Source: Octopus sinensis
Taxonomy: Eukaryota
NCBI RefSeq assembly: GCF_006345805.1
Contig: NC_043018.1
Location: 20,460,001 to 20,524,000, forward strand
Direction: 5' to 3'
Length of the DNA: 64,000 bases
The position numbers were made by a program, and so were the translations under genes. Shown one piece after another: positions 13,159-25,428 of this stretch (position 1 is the stretch's first letter; each line of letters opens with the position of its first letter). Under the pieces are notes generated by a model, which saw only the letters and a list, made by a program, of their open reading frames with translations, was not told the DNA's origin and ran no database searches.

Positions 13159-13656
13159 CTAGCAGTATCGCCCGGCGTTGCTCGGGCTTGTAAGGGAAAT
13201 AACTATATAAGCATTTTTAGAGAGTTACTTCCCTTATAGATGCCAATTCGGGCTTTCTTAGCCATTTCTGTTTTGGTGTCTTCAAGCCATGAAGTCGTTC
13301 TAAAAGAACGCTGGTCTCCTTGACAACGCATTACGACATTGATTTCCTTACACTCCCTTCCCCACAGCTTCACGAGGGAGAAGCAAACAGGTGCAGGTGT
13401 TTGAGCGCGGACGCCAACTCCGCCGCCATCGACACACGAAAAATTATGCATTAAAATGGAATAAAAAATGATGTTAAATTATTTTTAAAATCGTAGACTC
13501 ATCGTAGACGCGCGCTAATAGCCAGACGGGCTCGATATGAATCACGACTATAAGATACCCGAATTTGGTTAAACTGCACCGCAAAATGTGGGAGGAGTTA
13601 GGAATCTAAATCGAAGGGGACAGACACTCACACAACTACAGTTTTATATATAGAGA
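13159..13656 (-). mobile_element. Non-autonomous Helitron
   Basis: Minus strand starts 5'-TC, ends with hairpin CCCGAGCAACGCCGGG and CTAG-3', inserted between A and T with no TSD; four copies in the window. Confidence 0.88.
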
Positions 13657-14539
13657 TATTGCGAAAAACAACATAAAACACTAACAACAAAACAGTAAAG
13701 ACCTAACAACTGTTGCCTTTACAATACAACCCTCGATTTACAAACGCTACTTGTTTTCAGTAAATCCCGGGAGACAAAGTGTTAGGCTTACAAAAAAGCA
13801 GTTTAAATCTTGGAACCACTGTCGATCAATAAAGGGGGATGAAAAAATAAGAAAAGATAAAAAAAACAAAAAACTTATTGATTTCTAACTCGGGCATAAA
13901 GGCCACGTGTTTGTGGAAGGAACAGCTGATCCTATTGACTATATGAGTACTCAGACTGGTACTTTTTATTCTATCAACACTCATTCCCTACAAGAATAAA
14001 AGGCAAAGTCGACTTCAAGTCTCTACCAATTCTGAGTCAACACCAGATTTTTAAATGCCACACATACACATTAACACACCCATCACTACACTCTGAGTTC
14101 AAATTCCACCGAGGTCGACTTTGCCTGTCATCCTTTTGGGGTCAATAAAATAAGTACCAGTTGAACATTGGGGTTGACGTAATCAACTCATCCCCAGCTC
14201 CCCAAGCTGCCCTGTGGCAAAAATTAGAAATAATAATGATTATTATTATTATTATTATTTACTGTTTTAATATCAGTTATGCTTGCATGAATCTGACAAA
14301 ATTCAGTGAAGCAGATTTTCTACAGGTGGATGCTCTTCCTGTCACCAAACTTCACCTGTTTCCAACCAAGTTAATATTTTCCCATGGCCAGACATGGGTT
14401 TTCTTTAATGAAAGATTGCAAACAAATATCACTGGTTTTGAGCATGCAGTGAATCAATACATGCTGTCTTGACAAGAAGATAAGAACATATAGCATACAC
14501 ACACACACAACAGACTCTTTTAGTTTCCATCTAAGACTC

Positions 14540-14945
14540 ATCATCATCATCATTTAACGTCCGTTTTCCGCGCTAGCACAGGTTGGACGGTTCGACTGGG
14601 GTCTGGGAAGCCAGGGGCTGCACCAGGCTCCAGTCTGATCTGGCAGTGTTTCTACAGTTGGATGCCCTTCCTAACGCCAACCACTCCACGAGTGTAGTGG
14701 GTGCTTTTTACGTGCCACCTGCACAGGTGCCAGGGGAGTCCGGCATCGGCCACGATCGGTTGGTGCTTTTAACGTGCCACCGGCACAGAAGCCAGCCAAG
14801 GCGGTGCTGGCATCGGCCACGTTCAGATGGTGCTTTTTATGTGCCACCGGCACTAGAAAATATCTTCCCAAGGCACCACACAGTGGCATTGAACCTGAAA
14901 CCATACAATTGCAAAGTAAGCTTCTTAACCACCCAGCTATGCCCT
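14540..14945 (-). mobile_element. Family C retroposon joined to a family A-like tRNA head
   Basis: Family C body 14540-14853, then A-type head 14853-14945; same junction at 21405-21600. Confidence 0.8.
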
Positions 14946-15127
14946 ATACTTATATCTCTTCTGACTATGACACAATGCCATCATGTCAACATTTCTCTTA
15001 AACTACAAAGGAATCCAAGGCCCTCTGACCTGAGAACACACAGTTAAGTGCCGAGTTAGGAGACCGGGACAAAACATGTTGTAGCCACAGAAAACCTGCT
15101 TTGCAAGCAAGCATGTAAAGAGTTTTT

Positions 15128-15452
15128 ATTCTTTTACTGGTTTCGGTCATTTGACTATGGCCATGCTGGAGCACCACCTTGAAGGGTTTAAGTTGAACAA
15201 ATCGAGCCCAGGGCTTAATTTTTCTTTTTAAGTATGGTTCTTATTCTATCAGTCTCTTTTGCCAAACCGCTAAGTTACAGAGACATAAATACATCAACAC
15301 TGGTTGTCAAGTGGTGATGGAAGGACAGACACAGACAAATACACACGTATATACACGACGGGCTTCTTCCAGTTTCCATCTACCAAATCCACAAGGCTTT
15401 GGTCAGCCCAAGGCTAAAGTAGAAGACACTTACCCAAGGTGCCACGCAGTGG
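15128..15452 (-). mobile_element. SINE family A, diverged
   Basis: Homology to family A tail and body. Confidence 0.85.
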
Positions 15453-16347
15453 ATGTTTAAATTTCACAGCTGAAATAAAAATTCTCCCAATGAGCTTTAT
15501 CCATTTCCTTTTTCTCTGTTCTTTTTTCTGTCATGCAAATTACATGGCATCCTCACTAGTGCTGGTGCCATGTAAAAAGCACCACCTGGTTGACATTAGG
15601 AGCATCCAGCTATAGAAACTATACCAAAACAGACACTGGAGCTAGACACAGCCCTGCAGCCCGTTGGTTCTCTGTTGAACCATCCTACCAATATCTAAAA
15701 TAGTACCATCTGCTGCATGCAGACATTCATAACCATTCTAATTTTGTACCAAAGACATAGCTTCATTCTAATTAGCATGGAAAGCGGACATATGATGATG
15801 ATGATGATAATGAAGTAAAACTTCTCATACTGCTGTTCTTGATGTTGATGCTGTTGTTGTTCTTGTTGTTGTCGATGAAGTTTAAACCTCACTGTCAGAA
15901 CTAGGCCAATCAACAATTTTCAAGTTTTCCTGACAAAACGTTATCATTACCCCACAGAGTTGAAAAACCATGTCAGTAACAAAATAAAATAGTTTTTAAA
16001 TATTTGTCAGTTTGTGGTTTAATATTTATCTTTGGGTCACAACAAACATTAAGAATGAGAGATGAGTTGACATGATAGACGAGGACAGTGCTAGCATTCC
16101 TGTACAAATAGAGTCCGTATACCATCAACAAACTTTGCTCTCAATGAATTCCAGATGTGAAAAAAAAATATGTGAAATTAAGGAATTTCAAAATTCGTTA
16201 TATGTAGGAAATAGAATTTATTTTAAGCAAAAGAAATTAAATCTTGCTTCTTTCTTTTTTTTTTTTGTTTTAGCCTACTTTAACATTACATCATCATTTT
16301 CATTTTAATGTCCAATTTTATGAGCCTGCAGGAATGAAATAAAATTC

Positions 16348-16425
16348 AGAAATAGAACACGGTTCTATAGAAATAGAACAAGGTTCAATAGAAATAGAAC
16401 AAGGTTCTGTAGAAATAGAACAAGG
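16348..16425. repeat. 21-bp minisatellite AGAAATAGAACAAGGTTCTAT, about 3.5 copies
   Basis: Direct reading. Confidence 0.85.
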
Positions 16426-16848
16426 CCATATCCAGCCCAAATATTTTCCCTGTTCTTGTATGTTCAAATTGGTCGGATCCAGCCTCTCACATCTACCCTA
16501 CAATGTCATTTCTAAAAGTAAGCAATCACATCATTGAAACGTCGAAGCTTTGAGATTTGAGCCCAGCAAAAGAAAGGAAGGCAAGGTCTGTCACAAACCG
16601 TGCACACAAAAAGGTCACCGAGATTCCCCCTTCTCGATCACAACATGGAGAGGACATTGCAAGTGAACAATGTCAAGGATCTTAATAAATACAATAACAA
16701 CAAAGAAAGAAGTGCCATTAGTAAAGAGGTGGGAAATGTCTTCGTTCCCAGCAGTGAATAGCAAATATGGAAAACCTGTAAGAATAAACAACTATAGTGA
16801 GAAAAAGAATAAATTGTATATGCAAGGATATCTACCTTTTATATTTGA

Positions 16849-17231
16849 CTAGCAGTATTGCCCGGCGTTGCTCGGGTTTGTAAGGGAAATAACTATATAA
16901 GCATTTTTAGAGATGTAAAGTATAATAGCCATCTCAATATGGCTAACCACAAAGGGCGGGGTGTTACCGTAGCTTTTTACGTTCTGAGATTTAATAATAC
17001 ATTTTTAGAGAGTTACTTCCCTTATATATGCCAAAAATGCATTAAAAATGGGAAAAATTGATGGTAAATTTTTTTTTAAATCGTAGATGCGCGCTAATAC
17101 CCAGAAGGGCTCGATATGAATCACGACTATAAGATACCCGGTTTTGGTTAAACTGCACCGCAAAATGTGGGAGTAGTTAGGAATCTAAATCGTAGGAGAC
17201 AGACACACAACTTCACTTTTATATATAAAGA
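16849..17231 (-). mobile_element. Non-autonomous Helitron (tandem unit 1)
   Basis: Same termini as 13159-13656. Confidence 0.88.
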
Positions 17232-17586
17232 CTAGCAGTATCGCCCAGCGTTGCTCGGGTTTGTAAGGGAAATAACTATATAAGCATTTTTAGAGAGTTA
17301 TAGCCAAAATATAGTAAAAAAAATGCATTAAAAATGGAAAAAAAATTATGGTAAATTCGTAGACATCGTAGACATTTTTAGAGAGTTACTTCCCTTATAT
17401 AATAGCGAAAAAAATGCATTAAAATGGGAAAAAATGATGGTAAATTTTTTTTTTAATCATAGACTCATCGTAGACGTGCGCTAATACCCAGAAGGGCTCG
17501 ATATGAATCATGACTATAAATGTGGGAGTAGTTAGGAATCTAAATCGTAGGAGACAGACACACAACTTCACTTTTATATATAAAGA
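17232..17586 (-). mobile_element. Non-autonomous Helitron (tandem unit 2)
   Basis: Joined head-to-tail to the previous unit at ..AAAGA|CTAG with no spacer. Confidence 0.88.
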
Positions 17587-19042
17587 TATGCTCCCATGCA
17601 CAAGAAAGAGGAAGATATTTTAATGTGGAACTCTTGTCTTGGAGAGAAAAGTTTCTCCTTATAGACTTCAACATGAAAACTGTATTAGGAGGAGTTTGGA
17701 TCAAAAGACAAAGAACCCTGCAGTAAATGTCTTCCACATTCCAGTGTTACATATAATTATACACAACATTATTCTGACCATCACTGCTTTGTGTGAAGAT
17801 TATAAATTATGATATTATTGTTATCATCATTTCATGTTATAATCTTAATTTCATCATCATCATCATTGTTTAAAGGTTACCTTCCATGCTGGCATGGGTG
17901 GAATGGTTTGACAGGAAATGGCCGGGCAGAAGCCTGCACCAGACTTCTGTGACTGTTTTAGCAGGATTTTTATAGCGGGATACCCTTCCTAACACCAACC
18001 ACTCAGCAGAGTGGACTTTGTGTTTTTTACATAGCACAAACGCAGGCAAGGTCAGTTTTGGCGGCAAGGTTTTTATAGCTGGATGCCCTTCCAAATGCCA
18101 ACCACTCAGCAGAATGGACTTTGGTTGGCATTTTCCAAATGCCAACCAACTTTGTTTTTCATCCTTCGAAGGTCAATAAGATACATGCCTGATAAGCATT
18201 GAGTTTGATGTAACTGACTGACCCCCCAAGCCCTGAAAATGCTGGACCTTGAGTCAAAACATGAAACCAATCATCAAATTTCATGATAAGGTGGCAAACT
18301 TGCAGAATCGTTAGCACACCCAGCAAAATGCTTAGCAACATTTCATCTGCCTTTACATTCTGAGTTCAAATTCTGCCAAAGTTGACTTTGTTTTTTTGTC
18401 CCTCCGGGGTTGATAAAATAAGTACCAGTTGAGCACTGGGGAAAATGTAATAGACTTACCTCCACTTCCTCAAAAATACTGACCTTGTGCCAAAATGTGA
18501 ATCAATATTTAATTTATTTTATGATATTATAAACCATAAACCATATTATATTATAAATTGCCTAATTTATATCAAATTATTGTTTGCATTTTATGACTTT
18601 AAAACATTATTTTTAATGAGAAATTTTACAGAAGCTGTTGGGACAATTTCACATTCAAATGCTGAAAAAAGCAGCAAAATCTCCCTAAAATCATCATCAT
18701 CTTTTAACATCTGCTTTCCATGCTAGCATGGGTTGGACGGTTCAACCGGCGTCTGGGAAGCCAGAAGGCTGCACCAGGCCCAGTTTGATCTGGCAATGTT
18801 TCTACGGCTGGATGCCCTTCCTAATGCCAACCACTCCATGAGTGTAGTGGGTGCTTTTTACATGCCAGACGAGGCTAGCAAATAAAGGGCCACGATCAGA
18901 TGGTGCTTTTTACGTGCCACCGGCATGGATAAAATAGAAAGCAACAGTAAAAAAGGTAGTTGTAGGTGCACTATTAACGAAACAAGGATGGGATGGCCAT
19001 GGTTGGAATACCTTTGATCACAGGTCTACTTCCAATCATTGG

Positions 19043-19272
19043 TTAACCCTTTTGTCACCATATTTCTATTAAAAGACAGTGTCTTCATTTCAATTAATTT
19101 TGAAAATAACGAAGGATTTAGTAAAATAACTGTCATTATGAAGCTAATGTTTTGGAACCATAAATTAACATGGAATTCTGATGGAAAATTTTAAAATTTA
19201 GATTGCTTTGAAACGGAGTTTTGCCTCATAAAACTAGGGTCAGTCTCAAGTGGACCAGTATCAAAAGGGTTG
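19043..19272. mobile_element. piggyBac-like MITE
   Basis: TTAA-CCCTTTTG ... CAAAAGGG-TTGA termini; related copies near 5270-5495, 19272-20795 (interrupted) and 43377-43930. Confidence 0.7.
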
Positions 19273-19347
19273 ATCCTTTCATTACCCTATTTCTGTTCAA
19301 ATACGCTAGCTTCATTTCAATTAATTTTGAAAATAAAGAATTTATTA

Positions 19348-19608
19348 ATGTGGGGTATATTTGCCATTTCAATATGGCTAACCACTAAGGGTGGGTGTTA
19401 CTGTAGCTTGTAGCCCCAGGAGAACATCTCCTCCAGCTGGCTTTAGGCACACTTTCTGTGCCCTAAGGTATTTGCAAAAGGAGGACATCCTTCCCTCGTC
19501 AACCTAAGTGATACACACGGACGGCAGTTTCTAGGTATTGACCTGTCATCAGCGTACGACAGTCACCGGTTTTCGATGAAAGGGGTCCCAATGCAGGAAG
19601 AATTAATT
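19348..19608 (-). mobile_element. About 260-bp hammerhead-bearing retroelement (solo PLE pLTR or retrozyme-like)
   Basis: Splits a MITE; flanked by a 12-bp direct repeat AAGAATTTATTA (19336) / AAGAGTTTATTA (19609). Confidence 0.7.
19514..19558 (-). ncRNA. Type-I hammerhead ribozyme, canonical core
   Basis: Minus strand CGTACG CTGATGA C AGGT CAAT ACCT A GAAA C TGCC GTC CGTGTG: 6-bp stem I with GU pairs, stem II AGGT/ACCT, minimal stem III, GUC triplet. Confidence 0.8.
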
Positions 19609-20017
19609 AAGAGTTTATTAAAATAACTGTCATTAGTGAGCTGCCAGAATCGTTAGCACACGGGACAAAATGCTTAGCAGCATTTTATCTGTCTTTACAT
19701 TATGAGTTCAAAATCCACCAAGGTCGACTTTGCGTTTCATCTTTTCATGGCTGATGAAATAGGGACTAGTCAAGTACTGGGGTCAATGTAATCTACTTAG
19801 CCCCTCCCCTTAAATTTCAGGCCTTGTGCCTATGGTAGAAAAGATTATTAACCCCTTGGCATTAAGATTTCTTTGTTTTGAATTAATCACACAACATTGT
19901 GTAGCTTCAACATTTCAATGGTGTGTTTGTATGTTTTTAGAATGACATTGTAGGTTAAGTGTGAGAGGTTGGATATGGTCAGTTTTAACATAAAACAGAT
20001 AAAGTATTTAGGCCAGA

Positions 20018-20374
20018 TATCGAAATCGAATTGAACCAGCCAGGATCCCTGGTCTGGTGGTACGTAAAAAGCACTATTCGACTCGTGGCCGATGCCAGCG
20101 CCGCCTCGACTAGCTTCCGTGCCGGTGTCACGTAAAATGCACCAATCTGACCGTGGCCGTTGCCAGCCTCGCCTGGCACCTGTGCAGGTGGCACGTAAAA
20201 AGCACCCACTACACTCACGAAGTGGTTGGCGTTAGGAAGGGCATCCAGCTGTAGAAACATTGCCAGATAAGACTGGAGCCCTGGTGCAGCCTTCTGGCTT
20301 CCCAGATCCCCGGTCGAACCGTCCAACCCATGCTAGCATGGAGAACGGACATTAAACGATGATGATGATGATGA
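20018..20374 (+). mobile_element. Family C retroposon inserted in a piggyBac-like MITE (19848-20400)
   Basis: Three 5' modules plus conserved body; host termini TTAACCCCTTGGCAT / ATGCCAAAGGGTTGA. Confidence 0.85.
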
Positions 20375-20537
20375 TGGCTGGATTAAATGCCAAAGGGTTG
20401 AGCTGGTGTTTGGAAAAATAAATCAACATGAAATTTTAATTAACAAGAAATTTCGATGGAAAGTTTTAATTTAGACGACTTTAAAACAGGCACTTTAGAT
20501 CACAGAACCAAAAGCAGTAACAGGGCAAGTTGATATC

Positions 20538-20770
20538 TCTTTCTTTACTACCCACAAGGGGCTCAACACAGAGAGGACAAACAATGACAGACAAACAAAT
20601 TAAGTCGATTATATCGACCCCAGTACGTAACTGGTACTTATTTAATCGACCCCGAAAGGATGAAAGGCAAAGTCGACCTCGGCGGAATTTGAACTCAGAA
20701 CGTAGCGGCAGACGAAATACCAATAAGCATTTCGCCCGGCGTGCTAACGATTCTGCCAGCTCGCCGCCTT
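20538..20770 (-). mobile_element. SINE family B, young full-length copy
   Basis: 14-bp TSD GGCAAGTTGATATC on both sides. Confidence 0.92.
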
Positions 20771-20924
20771 CGGCAAGTTGATATCGAAAGGGTTTGACAA
20801 CAACATCAACAACAACCAAACGAGATATTTCCAGACCAGCCAACCAATCTTCTGATAAGGAATGCAGTTCACTGACAATGTGGGTTTTGCCTTATTTTAG
20901 TTTTGTTTATTCGTTCTCTTGCAG

Positions 20925-21001
20925 AACCTGCTACGATGCCAAAGTATGATATTAAGCCTGCTACACTAACATCGAAGAATTTAACGCCAGTTTGGTTATA
21001 A
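20925..21001 (+). other. Candidate terminal coding exon (xPATMPKYDIKPATLTSKNLTPVWL*)
   Basis: Strong polypyrimidine acceptor TTCGTTCTCTTGCAG, branch-like ACTGAC upstream, non-repetitive sequence; no homology recognised. Confidence 0.25.
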
Positions 21002-21842
21002 GTGGTTATTCCTAATGGAATTAGGAGCTGCTCTAATTACTTGGGCAGTAACTACACAAAAATATCTCTTAAATGTAAAACCTGCTTTTTTTGTTTATGT
21101 TTTATTTTATTTATTTTTCTCTGTAAGATGAGAAAGAACAGACTTGGATTGGTTAAAAGATTCAACCATTTCAAAGGAGCCAGCAGTTTTGCAGTTGAAG
21201 AGTTAAAATGTTTATTTAATTATCTTCCACTTTGGCATTAAAGTTGCTATTCTGGGTGGAAATGATGCTTTACTCTCCGAAAGACAAACTTAGTCGAAAT
21301 TCTATCTCGATTTGAAGCTTGTTTTGCCAGCACTCGAAAGCGATTATAACCCAGTAGCTTGTACCATGCTTTCACTAAATGTTTTATTGCCTGTGTTGTC
21401 TTGACCTTTCAGGTTCAATGCCACTGTGTGACACCTTGGGAAGATATTTTCTAGTGCCGGTGGCACATAAAAAGCACCATCCGAACATGGCTGATGCCAG
21501 CGCCGCCTTGGCTGGCTTCCGTGCCAGTGGCACGTTAAAAGCACCAACCGATCGTGGCCGATGCCGGACTCCCCTGGCACGTAAAAAGCACCCACTACAT
21601 TGCCTTGACCTAAAGGAGAGAGAGAGAGAATACTAGCAATATGATGGTATTCATTTTAGGCCCAAAATGAAGTGCCTTGCTCAAAAGCACAATGCACTGT
21701 CATATTCAGGGACCAAACCCTCAATACTATCACCATGAGTTTCACATCTCACCATAAGGTTACATACTGTCTACATTTATTGATTGGTCTTCGTTAATTT
21801 AGGGCTTACTTTTCATTTAAATATCTGTTCCATTAATTGTAG

Positions 21843-22270
21843 ATGCAGGCATGGTTGTGTGGTAAGAAGCTTGCTTCCCAACCACATGGCTCCAGGTTCA
21901 GCCCCACTCTGTGATATCTTAGGAAAGTGTCTTCTATTACAGCCTTGGGTAAACCAAAGCCTTGTGATTGGATTTGGTAGACAGAAACTGAAAGGAGACC
22001 ATGGTGTATATATGTGTGTGTGCATGTGTGTGTTTTTATGTGCATGTGTCTTCATATGTGTTTGTCCCTCTCCCTACCATCACCTGACAACCAATGTTGG
22101 CATGTTTATGTCCCCGTAGCTTAGCGGATTGGCAAAAGAGACCTGATAGAATTAGTTCTAGGCTTACAAAGAGTAAGTCCTGCAGTCGATTTCTTCAACT
22201 AAAACCCCTTAAGGTGATGCTCCAGCATGGCCACAGTCAAATGACTGAAACTAGTAAAAGAACAAAAGAA
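21843..22270 (+). mobile_element. SINE family A, diverged full length
   Basis: Homology to family A. Confidence 0.88.
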
Positions 22271-22371
22271 TATGTTCCATTAATTGAATTGATCACCTTT
22301 GAAAATGGAAGATATAAAAGGCCAATATTAAAACTAATCTATTTTAATCCACAATATTTTCCTTAAATCAA

Positions 22372-22775
22372 GGCGCAGGAGTGGCTGTGTGGTAAGTAGC
22401 TTGCTAACCAACCACATGGTTCCGGGTTCAGTCCCACTGAGTGGCATCTTGGGCAAGTGTCTTCTGCTATAGCCCCGGGCCGACCAATGCCTTGTGAGTG
22501 GATTTGGTAAACGGAAACTGAAAGAAGCCTGTCGTATATATGTATATATATAAGTGTGTGTGTATATGTTTGTGTGTCTGTGTTTGTTCCCCTAGCATTG
22601 CTTGAGAACCGATGCTGGTGTGTTGAAGTCCCAGTCACTTAGCTGTTCGGCAAAAAGAGACCGATAGAATAAGTACTGGGCTTACAAAAAGAATATAGGT
22701 CCCGGGGTCGAGTTGCTCGACTAAAGGCGGTGCTCCAGCATGGCCGCAGTCAAATGACTGAAACAAGTAAAAGAG
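22372..22775 (+). mobile_element. SINE family A, young full length
   Basis: GGCGCAGGAGTGGCTGTGTGG...AACAAGTAAAAGAG. Confidence 0.93.
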
Positions 22776-23323
22776 TACAATGCAAAGTTCCATACAGAAA
22801 GAAAAAAAAAATGAGAATGGTCTTTACTTTGGTAACAAGACTTTCAGAACCACAAAAATGCTCATCTGTACAATAGTGTATGGATACTTAATAACCCTAA
22901 ACGGAAACCAAATCAGCAGTGACAATAATGTTACCTGTAAATTAATTTACTGATTAACTTGGCAATGTTATGAACGATACAATTTCCTGGATATGATTCA
23001 TTCAGTTAAACCACTTCGTCACTCATTCCACAAAAGAAAAGTTTCTAGAACACTAGATTGGTATTCCACTAAGCGTCATGAATGAATGAGCCATTCTCTT
23101 TTACTCTTTTACTTGTTTCAGTCATTTGACTGTGGCCATGCAGGAGCACTGCCTTTAGTCAAGCAAATCGACCCCAGGACTTTTTCTTTTTGTAAGCCTA
23201 GTACTTATTCTATTGGTGTCTTTTGCTGAACCACTAAGTTATGGGTATGTAAACACACTAGCATCGTTTGTCAAACAATGTTGGGGGGGACAAACACAGA
23301 CACACAAATATATACACACACAC

Positions 23324-24020
23324 ATCATCATCATTTAACGTCCGTTCTCCATGCTAGCATGGGTTGGACGGTTCGACCAGGTATCTGGGAAGCCAGATGG
23401 CTGCACCAGGCTCCAGTCTTATCTGGCAGTGTTTCTACAGCTGGATGCCCTTCCTAACGCCAACCACTCTGTGAGTGTAGTGGGTACTTTTTACGTGCCA
23501 CCTGCACAGGTGCCAGGCGAGGCTGGTAATGGCCACGATCGGATTGGTGCTTTTTACGTGCCACCGGCACGGAAGCCAGTCAAGGCGGCACTGGCATCGG
23601 CCACGATTCGGATGGTGCTTTTTACATGCCACCGGCATGGAAGCCAGTCAAGGCAGCGCTGGCATTGGCCACAATTCGGATAGTGCTTTTTACATGCCAC
23701 CGGCATGGAAGCCAGTCAAGGCGGCGCTGGCATTGGCCACGATTCGGATAGTGCTTTTTACGTGCCACCGGCACGGAAGCCAGTCTAGGCAGCGCTGCAT
23801 CAGCCACGTTCAGATGGTACTTTTTACGTGCCACCTGCTCCGGGTTCACAACTGCAGTTTCCATTGATTTTGATGTCGGTGTACTTGACTCAATGGATCT
23901 CCTCAAGCACAGGGTCGAAATGGTGTTTCTTCACTTGCCACCAGCACAGGAGTCAGTCCAGCGGTCCTGGCAACTGCCGGGTGCCAGTCATAGGATTGGT
24001 TCAATTTCGATTCCGATTTC
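23324..24020 (-). mobile_element. Family C retroposon with the longest 5' module array (about 7 modules), inserted in a family A microsatellite
   Basis: GTGCTTTTTAC(A/G)TGCCACC recurs every about 55-67 bp from 23480 to 23950. Confidence 0.9.
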
Positions 24021-24260
24021 ATACATACATACATACATAAATACATACATACATACATACATAAATACATACATACATATATACATACATACATACATAC
24101 ATACATACATACATAAATACATACATACATACATACATACATACATAAATACATACATACATAAATACATACATACATACATACATACATAAATACATAC
24201 ATACATACATACATAAATACATACATACATAAATACATACATAAATACATAAATACATAA

Positions 24261-24291
<31 letters not shown>

Positions 24292-24310
24292 CATACATAC
24301 ATAAATACAT

Positions 24311-24341
<31 letters not shown>

Positions 24342-24390
24342 TATACATATACAAACACACACACACACACATACATATATATATATAAAT
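24020..24390. repeat. (TACA)n tetranucleotide microsatellite
   Basis: Direct reading. Confidence 0.95.
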
Positions 24391-24929
24391 TCTGTCTGAC
24401 CCATGCAAGCATGTCAAAAGAATGATGATGATTTATATTATAAAATTTAATATCTTTCTAGAAAATGTCCATAAAAAAGAAACGAAGGAGCTCAACCGAA
24501 AAGAATTAACAAGAAAATATTGATACTATTCGCATAAAATCATTAGTGACAAAATTTGCATCACATTTGAATTAATTATGTTTGCATAATTTTTATGATT
24601 ACATTAGTATTATTATTATTATTATTATTGTTGTTGTTGCTGTTGTTGTTATTGTTATTATTATTATTACAGTCATCAATAGAAACATCTGTTTCCTATA
24701 GTTTCTAGGTTAAACAGACAGGCTCCGCAAAATGCCAGCCAACTTTATAGCAACTGTGTTCTAAGTCTCAGAAATTGTGCAGGTGTAACTGATAGCAGTT
24801 TCTAAGAAGGAAACAGTTACCATCTAATCTACATTAAGGAACAAAAAGAAGAGTGAAGGAGAGAGAGAGAGTGTGTGTGTGTGTGTGTGCATGAGTCTGT
24901 GTGCGCGTGTCTGTACATAAATACATATA

Positions 24930-25161
24930 TATTTCTTTACTACCCACAAGGGGCTAAACACAGGGGGGATAAACAAGGACAGACAAACAGATTAAGTCGA
25001 TTACATCAACCCCAGTGCGTAACTGGTACTTAATTTATCGACCCCGAAAGGATGAAAGGCAAAGTCGACCTCGGCGGAATTTGAACTCAGAACGTAACGG
25101 CAGACGAAATACGGCTACGCATTTCGCCCGGCGTGCTAACGTTTCTGCCAGCTCGCCGCCT
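24930..25161 (-). mobile_element. SINE family B, full length
   Basis: Near-identical to 20538-20770 and the 36096 units. Confidence 0.92.
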
Positions 25162-25384
25162 TAAATACATATAGGTGCAGGCGTGGCTGTGTGGTAAGAA
25201 GCTTGCTTCCCAACCACATGGTTCTGGGTTCAGTCCTGCTGTTTGCCACCTTGGGCAAGTGTCTTCTACTATAGCCTCGGGCCAACCAAAGCCTTGTGAG
25301 TGGATTTGGTTGACGGAAACTGAAAGAAGCCCATCGTATTTGTGTGTGTGTGTGTGTGCACATGTGTATTTGTGCATGTATGTT

Positions 25385-25428
<44 letters not shown>

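Noticed and set aside
23480-23960. CRISPR-like repeat/spacer appearance
   Set aside because: The intervening segments are homologous to each other, the context is a eukaryotic retroposon and there are no cas genes
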